Notes: a model not told the origin generated them from the sequence alone. A stretch of 64,000 nucleotides of DNA from Candidatus Helarchaeota archaeon (GCA_019058315.1 JAHPZH010000001.1:599536-663535), one strand, 5' to 3'; positions 1 through 11,418 are shown, counted from the first letter of the stretch. Translations and numbers: made by a program.

Positions 1-534
1 TAATAATGATTTTAAAAGCCGTTCAAGGATATTAGAATAATCTTGTTCATCAAGGTCCAACTGTGTTTTATATCGTTCTATTTTTTCTTGAGTTACGAGC
101 ATTATAGATAATACTCGGTTCATAGCTTGTGTGACATTCAATACAGAATCATTCCAAAGCTTTTCTATACGGAATATATTATGAATAAAATCTTCTTGGG
201 CTGAAAGAGAAAACATTCGTATTGATTCCTTTATTTCTTCAGTACTTCCTGCTTCATCAACGGTCTTCTTCAATGAATGATGTAAATTATTAATTCCACT
301 CAAAGCTTGCTTACGAAGTACGAACCATGTCTTCATATCCTTTATCCCACGTTCTACTATCGCAATATCCTCTGAGATTTTTTTTATAACTTCTTCGACT
401 TGTTCTAAAAGTTCATCCTTAATTAGAACAGATGGCGATCTGACCCTAACACCCGAAAAATCCTTCTCTATTAGGCTGACGAGCTCAAGAACTTTCGATA
501 GTGCATTCAGTAAATTTGATATGCTCGGTTCCAT
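1..534 (-). CDS. Hypothetical helical protein, truncated at window edge
   Basis: Hand translation from ATG at 534 (MEPSISNLLNALSK...) stays open to base 1. Not in the ORF track because it has no stop. Confidence 0.65.
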   Translation of the reverse strand, partial: MEPSISNLLNALSKVLELVSLIEKDFSGVRVRSPSVLIKDELLEQVEEVIKKISEDIAIVERGIKDMKTWFVLRKQALSGINNLHHSLKKTVDEAGSTEEIKESIRMFSLSAQEDFIHNIFRIEKLWNDSVLNVTQAMNRVLSIMLVTQEKIERYKTQLDLDEQDYSNILERLLKSLL

Positions 535-663
535 TTCAGTTCTTCCTTGATTATTTATTTTTTTATGATAAATTTGCAATGTTTAAAAATAAAGGTTTTT
601 AGATTTTTAAATACAATGTAATTTTAATTAAATAGTTTCAATTTATAACCTTAATTAATTTAA

Positions 664-1338
664 CTAATGAGTAATTTTAGAGCAAACAGCATTTTGTCCA
701 TTTAGAATTTGATAAATTCTAACGGGAAAATTCCCATTTATTAAATAGACTGTTATTTTGTATTTATTTATAAAATTATATAGTGCTTTATCAACACAAC
801 TCTCATCGTATTTTTTAAGATCCGATGATTTAATTAATTTGATTAATTTTGCATCCGGATTTTTTTTAGGATCCGCAGTAAAAAGACCGTCTACATCCTT
901 AACTAGAATAACTGTATCAATTTTGAGTTTATTTGCGAAGTAAACGGCTATTGAGTCACTTGTAACATCCCATGAATGAGGTAATTCATCTAATTCTAGT
1001 AAAAATTTTGAAGGAAGTAGAATCGGAATTTTTGATTGGCTTAATATTTTTTGAATATTTTCTAAGTTATAAGTTAAAATTCCATCTTCAATAAATTCTG
1101 CCATTAGAATTCCAACTATATCTTCAGCCATTATTGCCATTTTATGAGCTGTTGAATCTGAATATTTATAAAGTGACTGAAAATTTCGAACTTGGTCTGC
1201 AAATGCCCCACCACCTGGTAGAATTATTATTGAGTGTTCATTTGTAATGTTTTTGAATGTTATAAGTAATTTCTTCAAAGTAACCGGATTTTTTAATAGA
1301 CTTCCTCCAATTTTAATGAGCACTTTCAGTTTTATCAC
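664..1338 (-). CDS. mfnE: Amino-acid-kinase family protein, likely MfnE (aminomethylfuranyl-methyl phosphate kinase)
   Basis: KIGGSL, PGGGAFAD, HSWDVTSDSIA and KDVDG motifs; operonic with mfnF/mfnD-like genes. Confidence 0.75.
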   Translation of the reverse strand: MIKLKVLIKIGGSLLKNPVTLKKLLITFKNITNEHSIIILPGGGAFADQVRNFQSLYKYSDSTAHKMAIMAEDIVGILMAEFIEDGILTYNLENIQKILSQSKIPILLPSKFLLELDELPHSWDVTSDSIAVYFANKLKIDTVILVKDVDGLFTADPKKNPDAKLIKLIKSSDLKKYDESCVDKALYNFINKYKITVYLINGNFPVRIYQILNGQNAVCSKITH

Positions 1339-2402
1339 TTTTGATTGTTCTTAAAAGTATCATAAAGCATCTTTGCTATTGAGATGGATGGAGCGACTAA
1401 TGCTCCTTTACCACCAATAAGAGAATCAAAATCAATAACATTTTTATATCCTAATTCTTCAGCAGCTTTCCTCGCTAAAAAATCTTTCCCAAGACCAGTA
1501 ACAACAATAGGAAAATCCAGATCTTGTATAGCTTCATTATTATTCGTAACTTGTAACAATCCCTCTTTAATCTGTTCTAATTGTTTTCCGTAAATCTCTT
1601 TTGCGATATTTTGAATCTCTTCTTTTGAAAACATTTCAATATCAGCACAAACAATTCGTGCTAATCTTGCATAGGAGTTTTCTGAATCATTGTCTCTACC
1701 ATCTGCTGTATCGCAATTATATTCATTTCTTGTAATATTTCCTAAAATTAAATGAACATCTGCAGCAAGTGCAAATTTTTCAAAAGAGATTCTGCAAGGT
1801 TTACTTTTAATCTCGACTGTTCTAACAATTGATGGTATTGTTGCTCGTAATGAACCCGTATATACTAATTCACCAGCGATTAATCTGTCAAGATCAGTCT
1901 TACTTTCTGTAGCAATTTGTCCCTCAATAATTGGTATAATATCAGTTGTTGTACTACCAATATCTATCAATATACAATTGGAAACGTATTGACCTACTAA
2001 ATAACAAGTTGCAACCCAATTTGAAGCCGCAACAGATAAAGGTGCATTAATAGCTTGAGATATCGAAATAAAATTTCCATCAACAGTTAATACATGGCAT
2101 TTTTTTTCTGAAAATACTTTTTTAAATGAATTTAGGATATGGTTAACACCTTCACGCTTAGTATAAAAAGCATCTGATAACTCAGCAGTCATTGTTATTG
2201 CTATTAAATCAGGCTTGGCTAAAACCATAGTAGAATAAATACTTGATAATATTTCTGGTAATTTTTGACGCTCTTTTAACCACATAGGATAAAATTTTGA
2301 TTGAACTTTAAAACTTTCTATTTTTTCATTTTCTATCTCAACTAATGCTGCTTTAATATTTACTCCGCCAACATCCCAGCCAATAATTTTCAAATTATTC
2401 AC
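1335..2402 (-). CDS. mfnF: Hydantoinase-A-like methanofuran biosynthesis protein MfnF
   Basis: GWDVGGVNIKAA, TMTAELSDAF, AASNW, DIGSTTTDIIPI, TADGR motifs. Confidence 0.85.
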   Translation of the reverse strand: MNNLKIIGWDVGGVNIKAALVEIENEKIESFKVQSKFYPMWLKERQKLPEILSSIYSTMVLAKPDLIAITMTAELSDAFYTKREGVNHILNSFKKVFSEKKCHVLTVDGNFISISQAINAPLSVAASNWVATCYLVGQYVSNCILIDIGSTTTDIIPIIEGQIATESKTDLDRLIAGELVYTGSLRATIPSIVRTVEIKSKPCRISFEKFALAADVHLILGNITRNEYNCDTADGRDNDSENSYARLARIVCADIEMFSKEEIQNIAKEIYGKQLEQIKEGLLQVTNNNEAIQDLDFPIVVTGLGKDFLARKAAEELGYKNVIDFDSLIGGKGALVAPSISIAKMLYDTFKNNQK

Positions 2403-3619
2403 TCACCAAAAAATAATTTATTTCTTATATTTTCAAATTGCTTTTTTGAATCTTTTAAGGTTTCTTGATGAGAACAAATAAAAGCTGAAGTTTTTTCATT
2501 CTCTCTTCCTCTAACCACAAATGGTGGAGCAACTATACCCTCTTTAAAATACTTTTCTTTAAAATCGTCTAATGATAAATTAGGAATAATTAGATCTATT
2601 TTAGAAAAATGAGAATAGCCAAGGAACTCAAATTTTGATAGCCGTTCCTCCTTAAAAATAAATAAATCTATTATCGCATTTGTTATATTTTGATTAGAAA
2701 CTGATTTTATACCCACATAAGATGTTGTTAATCGTGGGTTAATTTCCATAAAATATGCTTTTTCAGGAGTTAGGACAAAATCTATACCGATATATCCTTT
2801 TAGACCTTTTATCTTCTTTATTATTTCTTTAGATTGAGTAACAACTTCTTTTTTTAAAGGATGATTAAATGGCGTATAGCCACCTAGATAGGTTGAACTT
2901 TGAAGATCAATATTTTGGTAATTTAAAGTTAAAGGAATTATCTGATTTTCACCAATTAAAAGACTTATACTTGCATCAACTCCTTCAATAAACTCCTGAA
3001 TTATGAATTTATTTGCTGCTGACTCTTTTCTAATCTTTTCCAAAGCTTGGGGAACCTGAACTTCGCGTTGAATTACGGAAATTCCAGCACAAGCTACCCC
3101 ATCTAATGGTTTCATTACAAAGGGTAATCCTATTTCTTTTGATGCTTGAAAAACATCTTCTGAGGGTAAATCAATTGACATTAATTCTGTTTTTGGAATT
3201 TCTGCTATATTTTCTATCCTCTTAATCGTTTGATATTTATCAGTTGTTATTTTTATTGAGGATGCTGATGGTCCTAATAATAGAATCTTTTTATGTTCGA
3301 CAATTTTTGCTAGATTATATAAGATATTATCAGTCTCAGGAGCAATTAAAAAAACTGCATCAATGGAATTAGATAAGATTTTATTAAATTTGACATTAAA
3401 ATTATCTTTGTGCGAAATTTCAATAATAATGTCTGCATTAATGGGGGGATTATATGTTTTTATTCGATAATCGAGAGTTGAGATTATTTTATGCTCAGTT
3501 TTATTAAAATCTGCTAAAATGGAACTGAGCATAGCATACCCCTCACTAAGTATTGAATTAGATACAGGTTGTGTGGCACTGCCACCTCCTGAAAAAAATT
3601 CAAAAACAAAAATACGCAT
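2399..3619 (-). CDS. mfnD: ATP-grasp ligase, likely tyramine-L-glutamate ligase MfnD
   Basis: FEFFSGGG N-terminus, EGYAML, IAPE, KPLDG, EINPRLTTSYVG; gene context. Confidence 0.8.
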   Translation of the reverse strand: MRIFVFEFFSGGGSATQPVSNSILSEGYAMLSSILADFNKTEHKIISTLDYRIKTYNPPINADIIIEISHKDNFNVKFNKILSNSIDAVFLIAPETDNILYNLAKIVEHKKILLLGPSASSIKITTDKYQTIKRIENIAEIPKTELMSIDLPSEDVFQASKEIGLPFVMKPLDGVACAGISVIQREVQVPQALEKIRKESAANKFIIQEFIEGVDASISLLIGENQIIPLTLNYQNIDLQSSTYLGGYTPFNHPLKKEVVTQSKEIIKKIKGLKGYIGIDFVLTPEKAYFMEINPRLTTSYVGIKSVSNQNITNAIIDLFIFKEERLSKFEFLGYSHFSKIDLIIPNLSLDDFKEKYFKEGIVAPPFVVRGRENEKTSAFICSHQETLKDSKKQFENIRNKLFFGE

Positions 3620-3699
3620 AGATAGTTTTATTTTGTCTTATATTTTAAAGTATTTTTAAAAAATATAGTGATTAGTTATCTATATAAAAGAAAGTTGGT

Positions 3700-3765
3700 G
3701 AACTTTGCCTCCACTTGATGGAGGGAGTAGGATTTTTTTCAAAATCTACAGCGGAGGCAAAGTTC
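3700..3765. repeat. GC-rich intergenic stem-loop
   Basis: GAACTTTGCCTCCAC ... GCGGAGGCAAAGTTC inverted repeat with inner GTAGGATTTT/AAAATCTAC, just 3' of the 704-aa gene. Confidence 0.6.
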
Positions 3766-3790
3766 TCGAAAAAATTAAGAAATTGGAGTT

Positions 3791-5905
3791 CTAGAACTCA
3801 AATAATTTATGAAATATATTTCCAGAGTTATTAAATTGTGAAATATTTCCCGAAAAAGACTTAAGATGGTGCTCGTATTGGTTTTCAAATTCGTGTACAA
3901 AATTATTAAGGTTCTGAACCAAGTAGTCATTTGTTTTTCCATTTAATAGAATAATAGCTTGAATATATTCTCCACTACCAATTTCAATATTGAAATTTTT
4001 ATACTTCAAACCTGTAACGGGTGTCTCCTTCTTCGAGATTTCAGATCCAAAGCTTTGTATTGCTGTTATAAAACCACTCACTAAATCTGCATTTAATTCT
4101 ACCGGTCCAAGTTGTTCTTGGTAAATTGCTAGACCATTATTCTGATGTATAACAATTACATAATTAAGAATCGAAAGTCCATAAATTTTTTCTATTAATT
4201 CCAGATTTTTATCGATATTTTCTTGTCCAATTTCAAAATCTTCTATATACTTTTCAAAATCTTCATGGTCCTCTTTGTATAATTTAATATCATAATTTAC
4301 TAAATCACGAAGTTGCTTTAACCAATCTATTAAATCAGATTCTAATTCAATTGCAGTATCTATATCAATACAACTTTCTTCCTCAAACATTCCATTTAGT
4401 TTTATACTCCATTTATTCATACTATCTAAAACTTTAAAATCGGGGTAATATTTTTTTAAACCATTTTTAATCTTCGCTATGGAAGTTGATATTTTTTTTA
4501 TTTTTTCACCATTACAACATGTATTGAAGCATTCTTTTAATTCATTATTATAATTAAAAACATCTATTATTTTCCTAGCAACGTCCTCAGATTTTTCCAA
4601 TGCTTTTAAAGATTGTTCAAGTGAAATTATAATTAAATTTCGAATATAGGCTAACAAACCTGTAGTTTGGGTTAGATCATTTGCCCAAACTTCGATCATT
4701 ATATTTGGTTGATCCATACTAAGTTTTACAACGATTTCTTGTCCTGTTACTTTTACCTTACCCGAATAAAGAGTTGAAAGTTCTTGTTTATTTTCATTTA
4801 CTTTTGATAAATCTAATGCCTTAATTTGACTGAGAGCTATATTAAATGCTTGATTCTGAGAAATATCTCCGTAATCAATTTTAGTTGTGGATTTTTTCAA
4901 AGTTTTAATCCATTTATTAATTTCATATTCAGACATTGTTTGTGGAATTACTAATGGACATTTGATTGCTATCTCTTTTGGGGGGATTGTTATAGTATGG
5001 GCATTACCATAGGCATCTTGATATGAGACTGCACCAAAAATTGTTGATTTTCCACATGTATTTGGAATTAAAGTAAAATCCACGCCTCTAGAATTATTAG
5101 GGGGCAAAATTGGAACTCTCTGTATTGAATCTTCCCAAAAAAATTGATCTGATGGGGTTAATGTAACTGAAATATTACTTATACTCATATTTGAGGTGTT
5201 ATTTAGGGCAACTTTAAACCTAATATTTCCTCCAACGTAATCAAATTCACGTTTAATGGATAAAGTGTCAACAGTTTCATCGGCTTTTGGTATATAAAAT
5301 ACTACGTCATTTTCCACAATAGATTCAATTATATTGTATTTCAATAGTTTTTTTATGTGAGGTTGGATTTGACCATGCTGTAAATCTAAGTTTTTCTCGA
5401 TATCAACGAGCCGAACCTTTTTATAGATATTAATCTGGTGGAGAATTAGTTTTGTTCTCTCATTTCTTAAAACAAGTATTGTTTCATCTTGATTCTCGTC
5501 AGTACCAACTAAGAAATACACTTTTTTATTCATAAATCGTTTACTTCTTAATAAACCAAAAATCTCTAAATACTTCAGGTGTCTAAAAGCCCTATACGCA
5601 CCAAGGCCGAAAATATCCCTTATTTCTCTATTATGTGTGCCTGGGTTCATTTTAATATATTCAAATATCTTCTGTCTTATCTCATTATCCAAAATTGTCT
5701 CTTTGGTTAACCTAGATCCCTCAACAATATACTTTTTTTGATAAAGCTTCTTTATAGAATTTAAAATTTCTTCTTTAGACTGTTCAAGATGAGATATGCA
5801 AGATTTATAAAGATATTTCAACTCAATAGTTCTCTTTTCTGCTCCAATTTTGTTAGCAATATCTAAAATATCTCTCTCTAATTTTCCTACTCCCTCACGT
5901 TGCAA
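3791..5905 (-). CDS. wHTH / Ig-like / C-terminal longin-like multidomain protein (paralog A)
   Basis: Tandem wHTH (NPGTHNREI), beta-sandwich (REFDYVGGNIRFKV...FTLIPNTCG), C-terminal DLVSGFITAIQSFGSEI longin-like motif. Confidence 0.7.
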   Translation of the reverse strand: MQREGVGKLERDILDIANKIGAEKRTIELKYLYKSCISHLEQSKEEILNSIKKLYQKKYIVEGSRLTKETILDNEIRQKIFEYIKMNPGTHNREIRDIFGLGAYRAFRHLKYLEIFGLLRSKRFMNKKVYFLVGTDENQDETILVLRNERTKLILHQINIYKKVRLVDIEKNLDLQHGQIQPHIKKLLKYNIIESIVENDVVFYIPKADETVDTLSIKREFDYVGGNIRFKVALNNTSNMSISNISVTLTPSDQFFWEDSIQRVPILPPNNSRGVDFTLIPNTCGKSTIFGAVSYQDAYGNAHTITIPPKEIAIKCPLVIPQTMSEYEINKWIKTLKKSTTKIDYGDISQNQAFNIALSQIKALDLSKVNENKQELSTLYSGKVKVTGQEIVVKLSMDQPNIMIEVWANDLTQTTGLLAYIRNLIIISLEQSLKALEKSEDVARKIIDVFNYNNELKECFNTCCNGEKIKKISTSIAKIKNGLKKYYPDFKVLDSMNKWSIKLNGMFEEESCIDIDTAIELESDLIDWLKQLRDLVNYDIKLYKEDHEDFEKYIEDFEIGQENIDKNLELIEKIYGLSILNYVIVIHQNNGLAIYQEQLGPVELNADLVSGFITAIQSFGSEISKKETPVTGLKYKNFNIEIGSGEYIQAIILLNGKTNDYLVQNLNNFVHEFENQYEHHLKSFSGNISQFNNSGNIFHKLFEF

Positions 5906-5999
5906 AAAAAATCCTCCATCTTATGGATTTATTTCAAATAACATTCTCCATCATATTTTTTTTAAATTAATATAATAAAAAAATAAAAGGTGGAATTTA

Positions 6000-8909
6000 T
6001 TAATCTTCTAGATCCTCGACTTCTTTCAGCCATTCTTCTATTTGTTCTTCATCTAGATTAGCAAGATCTTTTAAGAGTAACTCTTTATCTTCCTGTGATA
6101 GATTTCTTAAATTTTGAACTCTGCTATAAAGATCATCTGAAATGACTTTAAATGGTTTTTTGAGCATTTTTTCAACATCCTCAAAGGAAGTTTGTTCCGG
6201 TTTAGTTTCCTCAGATTCGGCTAAGATTGTTCTTATCTCCTTTGCTCCTAATTTAACACCTATTTTACGTTTTCCTTTCATAACCTTTTTTGATTTTACT
6301 TTTGGTGAACGTCTTTTAATAATTACTGTTGTCGCTACTAATGAACTAGCTGCGATACTACCAATTATTATTATTATTATTATGGTAATATCTTCTCCTG
6401 GGGGTATTATAATAATTGGTTTAGGATTCTTTTTCACTTTAAATTCATATACACTTGAATTATTTACTTGTCCACTTGTGTCATTGGCCCAAATTTGGTA
6501 TGAAATAGTTTTTTTGCTTGCATTCAAAGGAACAAATGTAACATAACTCCAATATCCATCTAATAAAGTTCCTGAAGTTAAGTTCATTTCAAAATATTGA
6601 AAAGATCCATATAAATCTGTATAGATTAGGACTTTAGAGATGCCTTTATCGTCCGTTACTCGTGCGGTAATATTAATGATGTCAAGTGGTCTTGGTCTTT
6701 TATTATTAATTGTAACATTTTGAATAGTAGGTAATTCATCAAAAATAACTTGATATTGATAGACACTTGAACTAGTTGAATTGCCATTAGTATCATTTGC
6801 CCAAATGGTATAATTAATTGTTGTTCCAATGGGTTGTTGAGGAATTGTATAATTCCAATAACCATTTTGAGGAGTACCAGATAGAAAATCTGTAGGATAA
6901 TCTAGGAAAATTCCTGTATAATTGGTATTTATTAATACTGTGTCAACCCCCGTTTCATCAGTGATATGCGCTGTTATAGAGACCATGTCCAAATCACTAG
7001 GAATGACTGGATCTTGTGTTACCATAATTATATTTGGCGGTTGCGTATCTGGAGTTCCGTTTCTAGGACCAAGAATACCAATAGTTGGTGGATTAACTAT
7101 CATAAGATTATGGAGATTATCAACAAAACCTTGTTTTTCAGTAACATTAGTAGTTCCGGCATCTAAAAAGAACTGCCATGCTCCAAAGCTGTTAATTACT
7201 TCCCATGGATATGGAAAGGTAGGATTTCTTCCAATAGTTACAAATACATTTGCAGGGTTAGGCCAACCACATTCTCGTATTAAAATATCATCTAAGTAAG
7301 GATCCTGAGTTGTTTCCCATATAGTTATTAAGATATTAGGATCACCAGTGTCTTCTTGAAACATTTTACCTGCATCAACTGCGTTTGGATGACTTTGCCA
7401 ACTAGCACCGGTATAATCAAAAGCTTCATATTGCCAGCTGCTAGATTGATGGTAGTAAACGCCATTAAAATCAATTGTGGCCTCATCGGCTTCAGCACCC
7501 CATACAAACCAGCCCGTAACACCTGAGCCAGGGTAATTATGATACTTATAGATATATGAATTTGCATAATACTTATATACTGACCATCTAGAAGAACTAT
7601 CAACATGCCAAGATTCAACAAAAATTGGACCATCAGAAATAATTGGTTTATTTGTTATCCAACCACCAGCACCTGTATCATATGTACTGGTCTCATGATA
7701 GTCAGACCTTCCTGATAAATGCTCATTCCCATTTTTATCGAACTGCCTAAGTATATCATAATTTACACCATTATCAGTATGCATCAAGACTGAAGCCCCA
7801 TCGGTGAAATTCACTGTATAACCCGTCCTCGAGATGTCGGTATATGCTGCTGGAGCTGTTGGAGTAGAGTTATAATATATACGATAACTTTTTGTTTCAG
7901 AGCCCGTTAGATTATCTATAAATGCGATATCTGCGGATGAAACATATAATATTCTATCTTCTTGATATCCAACATCCCATGAATTGTCGATTGCAGCTAC
8001 ATAGAAAGCTTTGTTTGCTTGTGGACCCGCACTTTCAATATGAAACCGATAAACCGTGGTTTGTACATTACGAAAACCAGTATTTTCGGTGATAATAGAC
8101 CAATTTAAATTAGTATCATCCCAAAAATAAGCCGAATATTGATCTATGGAACAATCAAAATTGATTTTAAAAGTATACCATTTATTTGCTTCATATGGTA
8201 TCCCAGAATCACTATAACCTGAACTATGACCATAATAAAAGGTACCTGAACTATTGAAAGCAACTGATACAGCATATCCATTAGCACCAGTAACTGAAAT
8301 ACCATTATATGTATCTGGACTAGTTGTCATTGTTGTTATATAATATGTTCCATTGACTTGGTTTGAAAAATCATGTTGTATATAACACCAATTTGTTGAA
8401 CTGTTATCATACAATTCAACTACCTTTTTATGACCACCAAAACGAGGTAGAACCCTAACACTAGTATCTGAAAGTTCTTGTACAGTCCATCCACTTGGAT
8501 TTCCCCAATCTGTTGAAGAAGAAAAAGTTTCCCAAGCGTAAGGCTCTAAATTATAAATTTGTGAAATTAATTCGTCTCCAACACCATATGGTGCCTTATA
8601 TACTCGTAAAGAGTCTTTAAAACAGTACTTACTTTGTTCAGTAAAATTTATGGGGTCTATTATGACATCTGTTTGATTTGAGCCAGTATTTTCTGTGATA
8701 TCGAATTGTTTGAAATGTTCAAAGTCTTCAGAACCAGCTATTTCTATATCTAGATCTAGAGATGCATTAGGAACTTGGATAAATGTAAAATTAGCTGAAC
8801 CCGAATTAAGCAAAGAAACTCCAAGATATATTGAACTAAGTAATATTAGACTTGTAAGAGCTAAGAGTAATCCTTTTTTATTTATTCTATTTTTATTTTT
8901 TAATCCCAT
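6000..8909 (-). CDS. Membrane-anchored surface protein (paralog A)
   Basis: N-terminal hydrophobic signal, beta-rich N/T/S/Y/W ectodomain with WANDT Ig-like repeats, Ile-rich TM, basic plus helical cytoplasmic tail. Confidence 0.75.
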   Translation of the reverse strand: MGLKNKNRINKKGLLLALTSLILLSSIYLGVSLLNSGSANFTFIQVPNASLDLDIEIAGSEDFEHFKQFDITENTGSNQTDVIIDPINFTEQSKYCFKDSLRVYKAPYGVGDELISQIYNLEPYAWETFSSSTDWGNPSGWTVQELSDTSVRVLPRFGGHKKVVELYDNSSTNWCYIQHDFSNQVNGTYYITTMTTSPDTYNGISVTGANGYAVSVAFNSSGTFYYGHSSGYSDSGIPYEANKWYTFKINFDCSIDQYSAYFWDDTNLNWSIITENTGFRNVQTTVYRFHIESAGPQANKAFYVAAIDNSWDVGYQEDRILYVSSADIAFIDNLTGSETKSYRIYYNSTPTAPAAYTDISRTGYTVNFTDGASVLMHTDNGVNYDILRQFDKNGNEHLSGRSDYHETSTYDTGAGGWITNKPIISDGPIFVESWHVDSSSRWSVYKYYANSYIYKYHNYPGSGVTGWFVWGAEADEATIDFNGVYYHQSSSWQYEAFDYTGASWQSHPNAVDAGKMFQEDTGDPNILITIWETTQDPYLDDILIRECGWPNPANVFVTIGRNPTFPYPWEVINSFGAWQFFLDAGTTNVTEKQGFVDNLHNLMIVNPPTIGILGPRNGTPDTQPPNIIMVTQDPVIPSDLDMVSITAHITDETGVDTVLINTNYTGIFLDYPTDFLSGTPQNGYWNYTIPQQPIGTTINYTIWANDTNGNSTSSSVYQYQVIFDELPTIQNVTINNKRPRPLDIINITARVTDDKGISKVLIYTDLYGSFQYFEMNLTSGTLLDGYWSYVTFVPLNASKKTISYQIWANDTSGQVNNSSVYEFKVKKNPKPIIIIPPGEDITIIIIIIIGSIAASSLVATTVIIKRRSPKVKSKKVMKGKRKIGVKLGAKEIRTILAESEETKPEQTSFEDVEKMLKKPFKVISDDLYSRVQNLRNLSQEDKELLLKDLANLDEEQIEEWLKEVEDLED

Positions 8910-9114
8910 TATATCTCACCTTTTACTTCAAAGTAGATATTTATTTTCATGGATTAAGAATAAAATCGATTAATTGAAATTTAAATAACTAGGGACCAGT
9001 TCTATGCTCAGTCCAATATTATGCTACTTTGAGTTTTCAAAAATTTAATATTTTAATATAAACCAAAGAAAAAATTACACGAAATAGAGAAATAAGTTTA
9101 TTGATTTCTATATT

Positions 9115-11226
9115 TCAATTTAGGTTAAAAATTCTATGAAAAATATTTTTAGTGCTTTCAAATATCGAAATATTCCCTAAAAAGGATTTTAATTCTTTTT
9201 CATAGTGTCTTTCGAATTCATTAACAAAATTAACTAGAGATTTATTTAACTCATTGGTTGATTTACCATTTAATAAAATAACTGCTCTTGTATATGTTCC
9301 AGTAACTATCTCAATATTATAGTTTTCATATTTTAAACCTTTTACTAAAGTTTCCTTCCTTGAGACTTCAGTTCCAAAACTTTGTATTGCTGTTATAAAG
9401 CCACTTATTAAATCAGCATCCAATTTTACCGATCCAAGTTGTTGTTGATAAAGTGCCAATCCATTTTCCTTATGGGTTACGATGAGAAAATTAAGGATTG
9501 AATGTTCATATTTTTTTCTAATTAATTCTAAATTTTTATTAAAATTTTGTATTCCAATTTCAAAATTTTCTGGTATTTCATCATGGTCATAAGTATCCTT
9601 ATATAATTTTATATCATGGGAGACTAGTTCTTGGCTTTGTTTTAACCAATCAATCATTTCATATTCTAATTCAAGTGCAAGGTCATTATCAATACAATTT
9701 TCTTCTTCATACATTCCTTGAAATTTTAAAATCCATCCATTTATTGAATCCAAAACTTTAAAATCGGGATAAAGAGGTCCTAAATTATTTTTAATTTTTG
9801 TTAAATAACTAATTATTTTTCTAATTTCATCTCCATTACAACAAACATCAAAACAATTCTTTAATTCATGGTTCAAATTGAAAATTTGGTTTATCTTTCT
9901 CATCAATTCTTCAGATTTTTCCAAGGTTTTCTGAGATTGTCCTAAAGAAATTGCAATAAGATTTCTAATATATGCTAATAAACCAGTTGTTTGAGTAAAA
10001 TCTTCAGCCCAAACATCAATGATAATATGAGGTTTATCTATTCTAAGTTTCACGACAATTTGTTTGCCAGTAACTTTAACTTTTCCCGTATATAGGGCAT
10101 ATTCCTTAGAATTATCTTTGATTCTAGATAAATCTAATGCTCCTACATGACTTAAGGCAATATTATACGCTTGAATATCAGAGATATTTCCGTAATCTAT
10201 TTTGGTGGTAGATTTCTTTAAATTTTTAATCCACTGATTAATTTCAAATTGGGACATAGTTTGGGGAATTACTAATGGACATTTAATTGGAATCTCCTTA
10301 GCAGCTATTGTTGTGTTATGTATATTTCCAAAAGCATCTTGATAAGATACAATTCCAAAAACGGTCGATTTACCGCAAGTATTCGGGATTAAAGTAAAAT
10401 CTACACCTATTGAATTATGAGGCCGTAAAACAGAGACTCTTTTTACTGTCTCTTCCCAAAAAAATTGTTCTGAGGGAGTTAATGTCACCGAAATATTACT
10501 AATACTCATATTACTATTGTTTTGTATCGCAACTTTAAACCTAATATTACCTCCGAAATAATCAAATTCACGTTTGACTGTTATTTTATCAACTAATTCT
10601 GAGATTTTAGGAATATAATATACTATATTATTCTCTATTACAGAGTTAATTAACTTATATTCTTCCAGTTTTTTTACATGCGGTTGGATCTGTCCATGAC
10701 TTAAATTTAAAGATTTTCCTAGATCAGATAGTCTAGCTTTTTCCATTGTATTAATCTGATCTAAAATTTGCTTAGTACGTTCGTTTCTTAGGATTAATAT
10801 TTTATCATCTTGATTTTCGTCTGTTCCAACCAAAAAATAAGTGACTTTATTCATAAATCTCTTGCTTCTTAGAAACCCAAATACTTCTAAATAACCGAGA
10901 TTTCTAAGTGTATCATAAGTGCCAAGATTAAATACTCTTTGTATCTCTCTAATATGTGCTCCAGGATTTTGTTCAATATAATCATATATCAACTTTCTTT
11001 TCTTACTATCCAACAAATTTATTTTTGTAAGTTCATATCCTTCAATTAAATACTTTTCTCGAAATAATTTGTGGATTGATTTAACTATATCTTTTTCAGG
11101 ATAATTAAGTTTAGAAATAGCAGCTTTATAAAGCGGTTCTAATTCGATAGGTCTTTTCATTCCCCCAATCTCAACAGCAATTTCTAGGATCTTTCTTTCT
11201 ATGCTGTTTAATTCTTCTTGACCCAA
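9115..11226 (-). CDS. wHTH / Ig-like / C-terminal longin-like multidomain protein (paralog B)
   Basis: Collinear with and highly similar to 3791-5905. Confidence 0.7.
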   Translation of the reverse strand: MGQEELNSIERKILEIAVEIGGMKRPIELEPLYKAAISKLNYPEKDIVKSIHKLFREKYLIEGYELTKINLLDSKKRKLIYDYIEQNPGAHIREIQRVFNLGTYDTLRNLGYLEVFGFLRSKRFMNKVTYFLVGTDENQDDKILILRNERTKQILDQINTMEKARLSDLGKSLNLSHGQIQPHVKKLEEYKLINSVIENNIVYYIPKISELVDKITVKREFDYFGGNIRFKVAIQNNSNMSISNISVTLTPSEQFFWEETVKRVSVLRPHNSIGVDFTLIPNTCGKSTVFGIVSYQDAFGNIHNTTIAAKEIPIKCPLVIPQTMSQFEINQWIKNLKKSTTKIDYGNISDIQAYNIALSHVGALDLSRIKDNSKEYALYTGKVKVTGKQIVVKLRIDKPHIIIDVWAEDFTQTTGLLAYIRNLIAISLGQSQKTLEKSEELMRKINQIFNLNHELKNCFDVCCNGDEIRKIISYLTKIKNNLGPLYPDFKVLDSINGWILKFQGMYEEENCIDNDLALELEYEMIDWLKQSQELVSHDIKLYKDTYDHDEIPENFEIGIQNFNKNLELIRKKYEHSILNFLIVTHKENGLALYQQQLGSVKLDADLISGFITAIQSFGTEVSRKETLVKGLKYENYNIEIVTGTYTRAVILLNGKSTNELNKSLVNFVNEFERHYEKELKSFLGNISIFESTKNIFHRIFNLN

Positions 11227-11347
11227 AATTAATATCCCTCATTAAAAATTCTGAATTATCACCACTATATTTTCTAACCTCTCTGTATATAAAAATTGGA
11301 TTATTATTTCATTATAAAAAATTTTAAAATCAATTTTTGGTTTAAGC

Positions 11348-11418
11348 GGGGATGCATAACCGAAAAATGGGGGATGCAGGGAGGTTTTCTCAAAAACAGT
11401 TTTCCGGTCCTGCATCCC
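11348..11418. repeat. GC-rich intergenic stem-loop with a duplicated arm
   Basis: GGGATGCA occurs near 11348 and at 11371; CCTGCATCCC at 11409-11418 can pair with either copy. Confidence 0.5.
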
